A stretch of 52,253 bases of DNA, taken from a virus (Duplodnaviria > Heunggongvirae > Uroviricota > Caudoviricetes). Every line of letters begins with the position of its first letter. The first letter of the stretch is position 1. Positions 17,357 to 32,120 of the stretch are shown one piece after another. The stretch lies in the IMG/VR virus record IMGVR_UViG_3300011008_000006; one strand, written 5' to 3'. The notes beneath the pieces are model-generated. The model was not told where the DNA came from. It searched no databases and saw only the letters and a list, made by a program, of their open reading frames with translations. The position numbers and the translations under genes were made by a program.

Positions 17357-20300
17357 ATGAATTAGGGTAGTATTACAATGGATATTAGAGCCAGAATAAC
17401 AGGGTATCAAGAAGCGATAGCAAGAATGAAAGCTGAATTTGCTAAAGTTGATCCAGGCTCTGATATTGGTAAAAAGTTAGCTAGGGGTATTGAAAGTGCG
17501 GAGCAATAGTTAAAATAGTTAGGTAAAAATTTAACTCCTAGAGTAACTAATGAAACATAGATTGATAATGTAGTACAAAAGGTCAATAATTTAGGTGAAT
17601 CTATATAGACTGTTGTAAGAATGATGCAAACAGTTACTGACGCAGATTTAACTAAAGGTGCTTTTGGTAGCGGTATTTAGCAATTTTAGGCTTAGATTTA
17701 GTCATTAGAAGCAGAATTAGAAGGGAAATTAGCAGTAGGTATACGTGAAGCTATATAGAATTTTTATTTATTAAGAAGTACGTTTGAAAACATTCTAAAT
17801 ATAGATATTACGGATAAATCACCTGATGAATTATTATAGATATTATCTGATTCCGCTAAAACTGCTTCTAAAGATTTGGCGAAAGTTAATAAAGGGATAG
17901 AAGATTTAGAAACTAATATAGCTTCAAAAGAAGCCACTAAATAGAAAGATGAAGCAGGTTTATTTGGTACTTTTGCTAGTAGAGATTAGTTAAGATAGTA
18001 GGTTGAATAGTATACTTAGGAATATGAAGCTATTTTTGCAGATTTAAGAGAGCGTTTAACTACTGGTTTAACTGCTAAACTTGGAGATGGGGCTTAGACT
18101 CAAACTTTTATTAATTAGTTTTTTGAAGGTTTAACTCCTGATAATTTAAAAGATAGAATTACTTCTTTGTATAATTCTTTGTCTGGATTAGGCACATATG
18201 CTTAGAATCAAAAACGACAATTTTATAAAGAAATTTTTGGGTTTGATAGTAGAGACATTTTATATTTAATATAGGATATAAATTTAGGTGACCCCGCGCC
18301 AGTAATTGAAAAATTTAGACAATTTTTAGATACTATTGCCTCTGAAATTGGTGGGGGTGAAAAATCAAAAATTGTTGATTTGTTAAATAATTAGGATATT
18401 GATGCTGCCGCGGATTCAACTATTAGAAATATAGATTCTGCTTTTAGAAAAGTTTAGGCAAGAATTTAGAAAGTACAAGATGAGCTTATTGCTTTATTAA
18501 ATTAGAAAACAAATAAAGTAGAAGAGAGACGAGATATCGAAGGTGCTGGTATTTCAATTGAATCCGCAAGAATATAGATAGAAAATGAATTAAAAACTTT
18601 AAGAGAACAAAATGCGGATTTATAGAAATAGATTGATGAATTGAATGCTAAAATAAAAGCAGAAAAGTAGAGTGTTGTTGATACAGTTCATCATAATGTA
18701 GAAGATAGTGGAAGAACAGCCGCTCAATTTGATTTTGATAGAGATGCTGCATAGAAATATAAAAATCAATTGCAGAGTGTAATTGAATCAGAAAAAATGC
18801 TTGGTAAAGTTGAAGGTGTAGCATAGCGTTGGTTTTCTATTTATGCCGCGGTGAGAATGGTTAGTAATGCTATTAAATCTATGATTTCAACCATTAAAGA
18901 ATTAGATAAAACAATTACAGAAATTGCAATTGTAACTAAAATGGATTAGTCACAATTATGGGATTAGATGGGTTAGTATACAGAAATTGCTAGAGAATAT
19001 GCTGCATCAATTTCTGGGGTATATAAAGTTTCACAACTTTATTATCAATAGGGTCTTGAACAAGCAGATGTAATGGCTCTAACAACTGAAACTTTAAAAA
19101 TGGCTCGTATTTCTGGTCTTGATTATGCTGAAGCAACAAATTATATGACAAATGCTATTCGTTCCTTTAAAATGGAAATGGCTGACGCATAGAGAGTTGT
19201 AGATGTATATTCTGCTATCGCCGCGAGTTCCGCTACAAATGTTACTGAATTAGCAAAAGCTATGAGTAAAACTGCTTCTTCTGCAGAAGCCGTAGGTTCA
19301 AGTTTTGAAAATACAACTGCTATGATGGCAGTTATGATTGAAGCTACTCGTGAATCCGCAGAAAATATTGGTTCTGCTTTAAAATCAATTATTTCTCGTT
19401 ATGGTGAAATGAAAGCTGATTCTTCTAAATTAATAGATAGTGAAGGAGAAGCAATGAGTCTTAATAAAGTTGATACCGCGTTATAGACTGTTGGTATTAG
19501 TATTCATGATGCTGCGGGCTAGTTCCGTGATTTTGATGATGTAATCATGGAATTATCTGAAAAGTGGAATACTATTGATAAAAATACTCAAAGATATATT
19601 GCTACTATTATGGCTGGTAACAGACAGCAATCTCGTTTCTTAGCGTTAGTATCTTCTTATGATAGATTAAAAGAGTTAAGTGCAGAAGCTGCAGATAGTG
19701 AAGATGCGGCACAATTATAGTATTTAAAAACATTAGATAATGTTGATGCTAAAATTCAATAGTTATAGACTAGTTTATAGTCATTATATACTGGGACTGG
19801 TATGCAAAATTGGTATAAATGGCTTATAGATGCTGGTAAGTCTATTATAGATAATTTAGTTAATTTACAAACCTTTTTTAAATTACCTATTCCTGCGATT
19901 GCGTCTATTGGCAGTGCGTTTTGGAATATGGTTAATATTGTTAAAACAGGAGTAAAATTTTTAGAATCTGTTTTTAGATTATTAAGAAATAAAATTATCG
20001 CAGAAGCAAAAATAGAAGCAAGTAACCGAATTAATAGTGAAATAAATGCTGAACAAGAAATAATACACAGTTTATAGAATTCACATTCACAACAATTACA
20101 AGAAGAACGAAATTTTTAGTAGTAGCGTATAGGAATAGTACAAGAAACTGCTGAACAAATTTAGGCAATAAATAATGGTATTAGTACATCTTCTTAGACT
20201 CAATAGTTAAATCAAAAAACTGGTTTGTTAGGTGGAAACTTAAAGAAAAATGCTGGTTTAAGTGTTGGGTTAAGTGCTACAAGTTTAGCATTGGCAGGTG

Positions 20301-23300
20301 TTGCTTCAGTAATGCCTGATCGTAAGGCGTAGGGCTGGCTTAATGTTGGTAGTTCTGCTGCTTCTGGCGCGGCAATGCTTTCTATTTTGGGACCTGAGGG
20401 AATGGCCATTGGCGCTGTTGGGGGAGCAATCTTAGGTTTTGTTAATAATCTTACGAATATTTTTGAGTCCGAAGAAGAAAAATTAAAAACTTTAGAGGAA
20501 AATGCAAATAATGCAAATAATGAATATATATAGAAAAAATCTAATACATAGAATTTATTTACTCAAATTGAATAGTTAAAAAAATTAGAAAAGGCAAGAT
20601 ATGATAGTAAAGAAGCGGAAGAAGAATACTATTAGGCTACTAATTAGTTTGCTGATACATATCCGGATTTAATAAAAAATTTAGATAGTGCTGGTAATGC
20701 AATAATTGATTTGAATGCAGCAGAAATAGAATTAAAAAATTCTAGAAAAGAAAGCACTGAGGCAGCTTTAAAGGCGGCATAGGCTAATTATAAAGCAGCG
20801 GAAAAGAGAGAAAGTAATGCTGAAAATGAATGGAATAAATCAAAAGATATTGTAGATAATTAGCTAACATTGCATGAGTTATTTTTAAATTCTTATATTG
20901 ATAAAATATATGATGATAAGAATTTTTCTAGTTTTAATATTGGAAAAGATGTTTTTAAAAGTATTTATGATAATTATTCATTAGGTTTTAAAGACCCAGC
21001 AAGATCAATGGCTATTCATTCATCTATGAAACAAGAAGATATAGAATTATTTTTTGAAGAAATAGAAAAGATTTATAATCAAGAATAGGGATTTATTGAT
21101 GCTATTAATGATAATGAGGACATTGCTCCAATTAGAAATGCATTAAGTAAGAAAAATAATAATGAAAAGGTAAGTAAAGAGATTAATGAAAAATTACCAT
21201 CATTAGAAGAACAATATAATGTTAATGATGTTTTTAATACAAATCCAGCCATTACTACTTATTTAAATTATGTTAAAAATTTAATGGAAGATTCTACTAA
21301 TTAGAAATTGTTGCAAGAGCAAGAACGGACCAGTCAAATTGTACAAGCGGATATCGCAAAAACCATTGGTTCTTCTTTAATAGGAATACAAGATGAATAT
21401 TTAAATGAAATTGTAGATATTACTGGTTTTATGACAGAATAGGCATATTTAGCTTTTTAGAATTTTGAAGGAACTAAAGACGAATTTTTTAAACAAGATA
21501 ATTGGGATAGTTTAATGATAGACTTGCAAATATTTTGGAAAAATTTTTGGAATTCTTTTGATCTTTCTGCAGATAAAATTAAATTTAATAACTTATTAAA
21601 AAATAATCAAAATATAAGTCGAAGTAAAATGGAATAGTATTTACTTACTATTCCTAAATTAGAGGAAGAAGCTCGAAATTCTATCCTTTCATATTATTAT
21701 GATGATACTTATAATTTTGATAAATTTAAAGATAGATATAATAATAATAATAATATTCCTGTCATAACCCCTCTTGATGAAGAAATTAATAAAGATAATG
21801 ATAATATTTTATAGGAATTAGGAAGCAATGAGTTATAGGTAATTAATGCTTTTAATGATGAATTAATGTCCTTTATTCAAAGTAATAATTATGCAGAAGA
21901 TGATGCTAATCTTGTAATGAGCAATTATTTAAATATAATAAAAGCATTAAAAGATGATGAAATTGCTTAGGCAATTTTCTTTGGATGGGATAGAACATTA
22001 AATGGATTATAGGATGTTAAATAGTAGTTAGAAGAATTGGGTTATACTAATCTTGATTTTAGTTATTTAATGCAATTACCAATAAATATTAATACAGAAC
22101 TTAATTCTTACGTTGATTCTCTTGTTTCATAGTTAGAAGATTTTGAAAAAGTATTATCTAAGGTTTCTAAGGGAATGGATATTAAAGATGCTATGGAAAT
22201 AGCTAATAAATTAAATATTTCTATTAGTGAATTTAATTTTAAAGATGGAAAATTTTTCTTTAAAGAGACGGAAAGAATATAGAATGCATATATAAGTTAT
22301 AGCGATGATTTATTTGGAAGAATATCAGAAGAAGCTAATAATAGAATTAAAAAACTAGAAGAACAAGAAAGTTTAACAAGTGATGAACGTAAAGAATTAG
22401 AAAATTTAAAGAAGTAGGTAGCTGACATTAAAGTATTAAAAGATAATTATGTAAAATATCAAACTAATGCATTAAGAATTTAGAATGGATAGATAATAGA
22501 AGTATTAGCGGAAATTGCTGGAAATGATTAGGCAAATACTTTATATACTCAAGCTTTGCAAGGAGATTTTACTAATTTTACAGGAGAATTGTCTTAGTAT
22601 GTCTCAATAATAACAGATACTTTAAAAGATGCAACAGATATTGTTATAGATGCGGCAGTAAGCAGTATAAAAACTGATAAAGGAGTATATATCAAGGCTT
22701 CTGAAGCTAATCAAAATTTGATTTAGTCATTAGTTTATGAAAACCTTGCAATTTATAATGATGAACTTGAACAATATTTGATAACTGTTACAAAAGATAA
22801 TTTTGATGCTTATGTAAAAGCGATTAATGATACTGAAGGTTTAACAGATTTATAGAAAGCAGATTATATAAAGCAAGGTTGGGATGCCACTTATTCTGAT
22901 AATTTAATTAATATTTTTACTTCTTTTACAAGTTCTGCAACAGTAACCCGAGAATCCGCAGATAAATTTGTACTTGCACTTGGTCATACTATTAAAGAAA
23001 CTACTAAATTAATGACGCAATGGGGTTATGAATTAGATGAAAATACTGGAGAATTTAAAGCAACAGGTAAAAGTATACAAGAATTATAGAAACTATTAAA
23101 ATAGTCATTAGAAGAAAATGCTTCTATAGAGCAAATAAATAAAATAAAAGCTCAAATAGATACATTAAGGTCATAGTAGCAATTAGATTTATCATCTGCT
23201 TTAAAGGATGTATTTTCTAATTATAAGTCTATTACAATAGCCTAGAGAGAAGCATTAGCAAATGCCTTAAAAGAAGATTATGGCACAGTTGTACAATATT

Positions 23301-26300
23301 TAATAGATAATGGAAATGGAACTTATTCTTTAAATATTGGAGAATTAAGAAAAGCATTAAAAGAAGGAACAATATAGGTTGGCTCTGCTACTGAAAATTC
23401 TTTAAATGAATTAATTAGTGGAATTATTGATGATTATTTAGATGCAATTTCTTCTGGAATTGGATATACAACTTCTGGTTTAACTAAATAGGCTGATATG
23501 CGTAAGTTTGTTAATGATTTTAATAATAAATTAAAAACAACTTATAATATTAGTGATTTATTTAGTTGGGACACTATTTTAGAAGCGTACACTTTAAAGC
23601 CTGAATATTTATCTCAATATATCGCTAAATAGAGAGAACTTTTAAAAACAGAGTTTGATAATGATGCTGATGTTGATAAATATATTGAAAGTCAATTAAA
23701 ATCTATTACTTAGGCAGTTGATATTTCTAGTTTCTTACAATCTGAGAATATGTAGAATAATAGTCGTTCTCGTAAGGTTCTTGAAAATTAGATGAGAACA
23801 GCATTAAGTATTCAAGCTAACTGGAAGTAGGCCAAAGATTATATAGATGAGGCTATAGATACACTTGCTTTTGGAGCTGGCGGAAATTATGAATTAATTT
23901 ATGAAGAAGCTTGGAAAATAGCTACTGAAGAAGCAAATAAATAGAATGAAAGAATTAATAATGAAATAAATGCAGAAGTAAAAAATGATTTATCTAATTT
24001 TGAAAAAGGCGGCAAAGCCGCGGTTGAAATACTTAAAAAGTATGCTGGCGATCGTGAATTAACTGCTGAAGAAATTGAAGCTGCATACCGTATTCGTTTA
24101 AATAATCTTTCTCAAGCATTTGAATCTATTGCTACATTGCAACGTGGAAATATAGTTGATTAGAATACTCGCACTATTTTAAATAATATAAATGGCTTTT
24201 TTGTAGATATGAATGGAGTTGTACTTGCTGTAGGAAATATGGTTGATGCTTATAGAGAAATTTATGAGCAAATGAAAGATACTTCTATAGCAACAACTTC
24301 TGAATTAAATAGTGCTTATGCTCAATTATTAACTGCACAAGAACAAGATGAAATAAATGCTATTGAAACTCTTGGAAATGCTATGGGTATGACATATGAG
24401 ACATTAGGTCAATTACTTAATCAATATAATATGTCACTTGAAGCAGTTATTAATAATAAAGATAAATTTGGTATTGAACAACTTGGAACTGGTAAAATTC
24501 GTATTAATGATTTCAAAAAATTTGCCACGCAAATGGGTTGGAATCCTAATAGTGAAGAATATTGGAGTGCATTTAAGACTTATAATGATTCTTTAATTGA
24601 GTTAAATAAAAACACTAAAACAGCTATTGAAGATGAAGTTAAATCTTTAAAAGATGTTAAAGGCGGAGATTAGATTAATTTAACTAGTCTTTGGAGAGGA
24701 CTTAGTAAAGTAATTCAAAAAGAATTAGAAGAAGTAGCTAATAATTTTTAGTTATATGGTTATGAAGGATTGGCTACAGAATCATTATTTACTAAATTAT
24801 CAGAATTTGGAGCATCTTTTACAAATGGAATATTAACTTTAGATACTAATGCCAATATTATTTAGGTTACAAAAATATTAATTGATTATGCAGAACAGGC
24901 TGGAATTGCAATAACAGAAGAAATACAAGATACTCTTTAGAGTATAATAAAAGCATATTCTGATGCAATTATTAAAGGTATTCAAGGTGAAATGACTAAT
25001 GTTGAAGCCGCAGATTTATAGAATAAAGCTTTATCATTAGGTATTTCTAAAATTGATTTTACTACAACAACAGATGGGTTAAAATTATCTTAGTAGTCTG
25101 CTATTGAATTATATTATGCTTTAAGTAATATTGATAGTTTATAGGCACAATTAGTTTTTAAAGAATTAAATGAATCATTAAAAGAAAGTAATGAACATTA
25201 TCAAACTATGGGTTCTTTAATGATCCATATCAAAGAATTATAGGATGCTATTAATAATGCTGATTCTTAGACCAATTCTGCTCGTATACAACAATATAAG
25301 TAGGAATTAGAATTGGCTAAAGATATTGCAAAAGTTCGTCTTACAACAGAAGATTCTTCATTTGATTTTATGTCTGCTGATTTAAATGATGCTTTAAATA
25401 ATGCTCCTAAATATTATGAAGCTTGGGCTAAGGCAACAAAATCTGTAACTGAGGCGGCAGAAAATGGTTATATTGGTTGGGAAGATTATGCTAGAATGAT
25501 AAATGAAATTTAGAATTTAGCTGTTCAAACTGGCCATGATATGTTATTTATGGGTTAGACAATAAAATCGGATGGTACTTCTGCCGCGAAACTTATTGAA
25601 GATGGATATAAAGCATTAGATATTGATATAGAATCGGGAACTGCGGTATTAAATTTAGATACCCTATTAACAACAACTGGACTAGATTTTAAGCAAGGTG
25701 CAGAAGGTTTCAGTACGACAATAGATGATGGAATTAAAGAATTTGCTTAGGGACAAGTAAAAATGTTAGATGGCATGATTCAACTTCTTGAAACTATTGT
25801 TGCAATGGAATAGCTTGGAGATATTGATGCCGATACATTTAGTTTTTTTGATGGGGAAGATTTTTCTAAAAATTATTAGAATTTTATTAATTATGCTACA
25901 AAAAGTATTTCTGATGGAAATACTGATTTAGAAAAAGCATTTAATAATACTAAAATTAATGGGAAAACATTAACTGAATTAATAGGAATGTCTCCTGATG
26001 AATTAAGGAAGTATGATAATGATTTCTAGAAAGCTTATGCTAATGTATTAATAGCATTAAATAAAGCTGCTCAATCTGGAGATTGGGATACTGCCTGGAA
26101 TGCTATTAAAGAATAGCTTGCTGCTAGTGGAGTAAATGGATTAGAAATAGACTTAGATAATGTACATTATGTCTTTAAAAATGGCATAATGTTAGAAGAA
26201 AATGAAAAAGGATTTATTTATAATGGGAAAACTTATAATACTAGTGATGAAGCTTGGTTAGCAATAGTAACTGGTAATATTACTGCTCTTCAAGGTATGG

Positions 26301-29300
26301 AAGTCGTAGCTAATGATGGTCATACAATTAAATATGTTGGTGATTATGAAATTGAAATTGCTTATAATGAAGCGAATATGACATATATAGCTACTACTAA
26401 AGATGGTACAGTATTAACAAGTAGTACTAAAGAAGGTTTAGATTACGCTATTCTTGCTTGGGAAAAAGTTAATAATAAAGAATCTCAAGAAAATTCTGAA
26501 ATTACTGATGAACCAATTACTTTTGCTATTAAAAAAGACGCAGAAATTCTTGTTAATATTTCAATAGATAAAGAAGGAGAACTTGTTAAAAATGATAAAA
26601 ATGAACAAGTAATTAATGATGCTTATGCTTCTGCTATTGATGAATTATAGGAAGAAATAAGACAAAAGACTACTGGCACAACTATTCCATTAGAAACAAC
26701 GGCTAATACTTAGGTTTCTAATACTATTTATATAAATGTAAATTAGTTAAAACTTAAAGGTAAAGATGCTGATATTGGGTTTGCGGAAGGAGAAGAACCA
26801 ACTAAGCCGGCGAGTTTAGAAAATGCAGATGCTAAGCCTAAAAAAGTTAGTCTTTTAGAAAGTGGTTCACTTGCATTGTCTGATGCATTTAAGCAATAGG
26901 TAGCAAATAAAGATTTTGATTTTGAAGAAGGTAAAGGTCATTTTAGTAGTGCAAAAGTAGGATTTTTTCAAAATGGTGGAGCTTTAAATCATGCACCTAA
27001 TGGGTCAATAAATACTTCTGACGCATTAAGTACTATGAAAGCATTAGCAGATGCTAAACTTGCAGCATCTACTTTAGGAACGGCTGAAAGTCAATATTCA
27101 GATGGTCATGCTACATTACCAGAAGATGCTAATGTTACTAATGATACACCAGAGATAATTGAAAGTAAAGTTCCTAAAAATTATAGTTTAGGTCAGGCAC
27201 TAGCTACATTTGCATAGTTAATGGTTGGGTTACCTAATAATAAATTTTATGGAAGTGGAGATCCTCAATCTGGCGGTGGAAAAGTTTTTGATACCCATAA
27301 AATAACTGAGGCTTTGAATACTTATAAAACTTCTTTAGGTACTCCTTCAGAAAATGGGGCATTACAGGCTTTGTTTTCTGCATTAGGAATTGATATGAGT
27401 ACAAAAGAGGGTACTCCAAAAGGCAATTTAGCTGCGTTTTTAGCCAGCAGAGAAATTACACCTGAGCAACAACAATTATTTTGTAATTTTGCTTCTTTAA
27501 TGGTTGACCTTTTAAAGGATTCATAGGGTTAGCCTACTGTTAAAGGTGTGAAAGATATTGAAACATTTATACAGACATGTCTTGCAACTGAATTAAGTGG
27601 AGAAGAAATTGATGTTTTAATAGGTATTATTCATGCTGCTTTAGAATCTGGTGCGCCACTTGATGGATCAAATGCAATAATATCAGGAGTAAGAAATAGA
27701 TTAGCTAATCTTGGTCTTGAGGAAGAAGCAATTAATGCAATAATTAAATATATTTAGGCTAACACAAATAACGATACTTCATTAAGTGGAAATATTACTG
27801 ATATAAATTCATTACGAGAAGAAATAATTACATTACTTGGTGGAGAAAATAAAAGTATTACAATTGGCACAATTGATGCAATTATTGCTGGATATAATCT
27901 TATTACTGATTCTAAAAATAATCCTAAATACTATGATGAAAAAGGAATATTTAAAAATATTGAATATGAAGAAGATATTGAAGTAAATAGAAAAATTTGG
28001 GAAGATTATTTAAATGACGTATTTTCAACTGGAAATATTAAGAATTTAGAATTAGCAATTTCTATGATTGATTTACTAGCTGGATTCGGTGCTGTAGATG
28101 AGGATGGTAAGTTTATTTTTGGCCCACAAGCTGGTCAAGCAACTCTTAGTGCATTAGGGTTACGTTGGGAAAATGGAAAGCTTACTACTACTTTTAATGG
28201 TGATACAGTTATTGATTTAGGCACTCAAGAAGGTAAAGTATAGTTATCAAAGCTTTCAGCAGAAGGCGCCCAAATAGAAGGTGTTGAATTAAAAGAAATG
28301 ACACTGGATGATGGGCAAGTATTACGAGTAGCAGATATTTCTATTGTAGACGATGCTGGTAATAAATATGTAGCTAGAGTAGATGCAGAAGCTTTTATTA
28401 ATGGTATTGGTGGAGATAATTATGATCCAAAAACCCAAAAATATAAGTTAGACAATTTAACTATTGATGCATTAATTAATTTATTAGATTTAGGAGAAGG
28501 CGCTTGGAATGATTGGGTTGATAAGAATATTCATTCTATTCAAGTTACTCCTGAATTATAGTCTTTCCCTTCCGCTGAAGAGGCTTGGGATGCTTATATT
28601 CAAGCACACTCTGATTTAGGTACTGCTGAAGTTCCAGAAACTACAGAAGGGGGAAAATGGACTACTCGTTATTTAGAAGCTATACACGAGGCATTTATAG
28701 AAGCATATAATACTGATCCTGTAGGTACTGTAAATCGGGTGAATCATCCGGATATGTTTACTGATAGTTCTTCAAATTATCTTTGGTTTTTTGATTCAGG
28801 AATTAATGAGTAGTTTATAAAGGAACTAGATCAAATTAAAGCTGATGCAGAAGCATTATAGCTACAAGAAGCTATTATTTCTACAGAGCAACAGTATATT
28901 AATAATCCATATGTACCTAATAATAAAAATAAATATTTTACATTTGTTACTAATGGTAATATGGATTATTCCTCTACTCTTTCTGAAATTTGGGGCTAGA
29001 AAGGTTTATATACTGCATTAGATAGTCTTGATGATTTATTTAATTATTTAAATGGAGATACAGAACAGTTACGCAATTTTGTTAGCAGTGAATTATTACA
29101 AGAGCTGGCACAAGCATTAAAAAATGCAGATTTTTCTCATCGTATAGAAGAAATTTTATCTGAATTTCTTCCAAATGAAGACAATAAAGAAATTAATTAT
29201 TCTACAGAAGGAACTCCAGTTGAAAGTCCTCTAGAGGGGCATGATGAAGAAGTTCCTATGCATGATACAGAGCGTGCTAGATATGAACAAATTATAAATT

Positions 29301-32104
29301 CTTTACAAGATAACAATGGAGATTTAACTGCAACATTAAATAAGTTCTCAATGTCTTTAGAAAACTTTATTTCTTTATACGCTCAATTTAACGATTTAGG
29401 TGGGGAAGTTACTCCTGCAACAGTTGTAGAGGACCTCGAAAAAAAATTATCTAAGCCATTAATAGTTGGCTTTAATGTAGATACAGATAACGCTGACTCT
29501 CAAATTAATAATTTTCGACAAACTATTCGTGATAATCCTGAAACTCTTACAATAAATGCTAAAATAAATACTAGTGAGACCGGTACTGTTGGCGCTAAAG
29601 GCAATGTCGCCCTTGCCAGAGGAACTCTTATGGGTGAACTTGGTCCAGAACTTTATGTTACTGGCGGTCGCTATTATGTTGCTGGTTAGAATGGCGCAGA
29701 AATGGTTAATTTACCAGATGATGCAATTGTATTTAATCATTTACAAACTAAACAACTACTTACTCATGGTAGTACAGGCCGTGGAAAACCCACTACAAAT
29801 GAAAAGAATGCAGTTTCATTTGCAAAAGGTGGCCCCGCGCAAGCAAGTGCATCTTCTGTTTTATCTACCTTAAAACATCTTCGCGCGCAATGGCAAGCAA
29901 TTGCTAATATGAGTGTTGCTGATCTTGCTGGAAAAGGCGGAAGTGGAGGTGGAGGAGGCGGCGATAAAGAAGATATTGCTGGCTTCATCCGAGATGTAGA
30001 GCGTTGGTATAATTGGCTACAAAAAATTGCTGACCTTGAAAAATAGATTAATTATGAAGAAACATTAAGAAGTAAAATTCAATCTGATATGGTTTCTAAT
30101 GGTAAAGCATATTATGCAAGTTAGAAACGTCAATTAGATTAGTTACGTGATTCAACAATTACAAGTTCTTCTTTATATTTATCTTAGCTAGATTATTTTA
30201 ATCAAAGACGCGAACAATTAAATAATAATTCTCCATTAAGTAAATTATATACATTTGATACTACGGGTCAATTACATTATCAGCCTGGCTCTTATCAATG
30301 GTTAGCATAGTTATTTAAAACTAATGATTATGGACAACTTGAATTAACTCCTCAATAGCAATATGAAATGATTATGAAGCGTAATCCTCAATTTGCTCAA
30401 TATATGAAATATAATAGCGAAGGTAAGGAAATTAAAGCTTCTGATTATGAAGATTAGGCTCAATATTATCTTGATATGGTAAAAGCTTTCTCTGATAGAA
30501 TGGATTCTGAGAAAGAAGAAATGTAGAGTCTATTTGATTCTATTAATGAATAGGGTAATGCCGTTAATGAAAAATTATAGAAGCAAAATGAACTTATTCA
30601 AGCTATGAGAGATAATTAGAAAGAAGTTGAAGAATCAGTATTAAATGCTATTGTAGAATCTCGTGAAAAAGAAATTAAAGAAATTCAAGATACAAAAGAT
30701 GCATTACAAAAATCTAATGAAGATTTTATTAATGGATTAAGTGATTAGTTAGAGAAAGAAAGAAAATTATATGATAATAATAAAAATGATGAAGAATTAA
30801 ATCGTAATCGTAGATAGCTTGCAATACTTCAACGTTCTGGTGGTTCCGCCGCGCAAATTGCTTCTTTACAAAAGCAAATTGAAGAACAATCTAGAGATTA
30901 GTATTTTGATAAATAGCAAGAACAAATTGATGCTGTAAAAGAAGCTTCTAATTTATAGATTGAGAAGATGGATAAGCAAATTGAATTAATGAATGAAACA
31001 TTAGAATATCAAAAAGCTAATGGATTACTTTGGGGTCAAGTTTATGAAGTAATGGCTGGTACTCCATAGTAGATTTCAGATTTCATTATGCAAAATAGTG
31101 CGGCTGAATGGGCCAAATCTCCATTATCTTCTACTGAAGCTGCGAATGATTGGATATTTAAGACTGAACAATGGGTGTCTTTTAGAGATGATATTGAAGG
31201 TATTTATGATGCTTTGACGGCAACTTGGAATTTATTTGATAAAGAAATGGAAGATATGTTTGGCGATATTTGGACTGATGCTGATTAGGAAACAATTAAA
31301 AAGATTTTTAATGCTAAGTATGCTGAAACTGGAGATTACAATGCTGCGACTTAGGCAGTAATGGAATCTAATATATATAAAGACATGAAAACAAAAGCAG
31401 ACGCAGCCGCAGCAAAAGGTTTATACTCTAATTCAGGTAAGTTAAATGGGCAAGGTTCTGTTTCTGGTAAAAATACTTACTATAGTGTTGTTGGGCCAAA
31501 CGAAGAATTATTAGCAGAAGATTTTACTAGTTGGGAAAGTGCAGATGCAAAAAGAACAGAATTATTAGCTAATTAGTTGGCGGCTCTTGAATAGTCATTG
31601 TAGAATTCTATACAAAGAGCAGAAGAATACGCTAATGTAAAAAATATTGATTCTTCTTTTAATCCAATATATGAAAAAGAAAGATAGCAACAAATAAAAA
31701 TTAAATCAGAAATAGAAAAAATTAAAAGCTAGTATAAGATTTATCAATATCAATATGCTAATGGTGGTCTCATTAACTATACTGGTCCCGCTTGGGTTGA
31801 TGGTACAAAACAAAGACCTGAATCAATTTGGGATGCCGAAACAACTAAGTTAATGAAAGATAACTTACTTAATTCTCGTAATTTAAATCTATTAGGTACT
31901 TTCTGGGATACCTTACAAGATTATCAAACTGCAACAAATCATTCATATTCCAACAACTCTGAATCTCTTATAATAGAGAATGCAACAGTAAATATGAATG
32001 TAGCTTCTATTGCTAATGATTATGATGCACGTCGCGCAGGCGAACAAGCAATGGAAGAAATGCTTAAAATTGCTAGAAAAACAAAAGTTTCTAGTTTTTC
32101 ATAA
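17357..32104 (+). CDS. Giant tape measure protein (~4,915 aa, TAG=Gln)
   Basis: All ORF-track fragments from 19262 to 31853 share one frame; sampled fragment ends are TAG; TP901-type TMP core at ~18,900-19,750 (AMSKTASSA...ESAENIGSALKSIISR); TAA at 32102. Sampled lines had no TAA/TGA, but not every codon was checked. Confidence 0.85.
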
Positions 32105-32120
32105 GGAGGTAAAATGAGTT

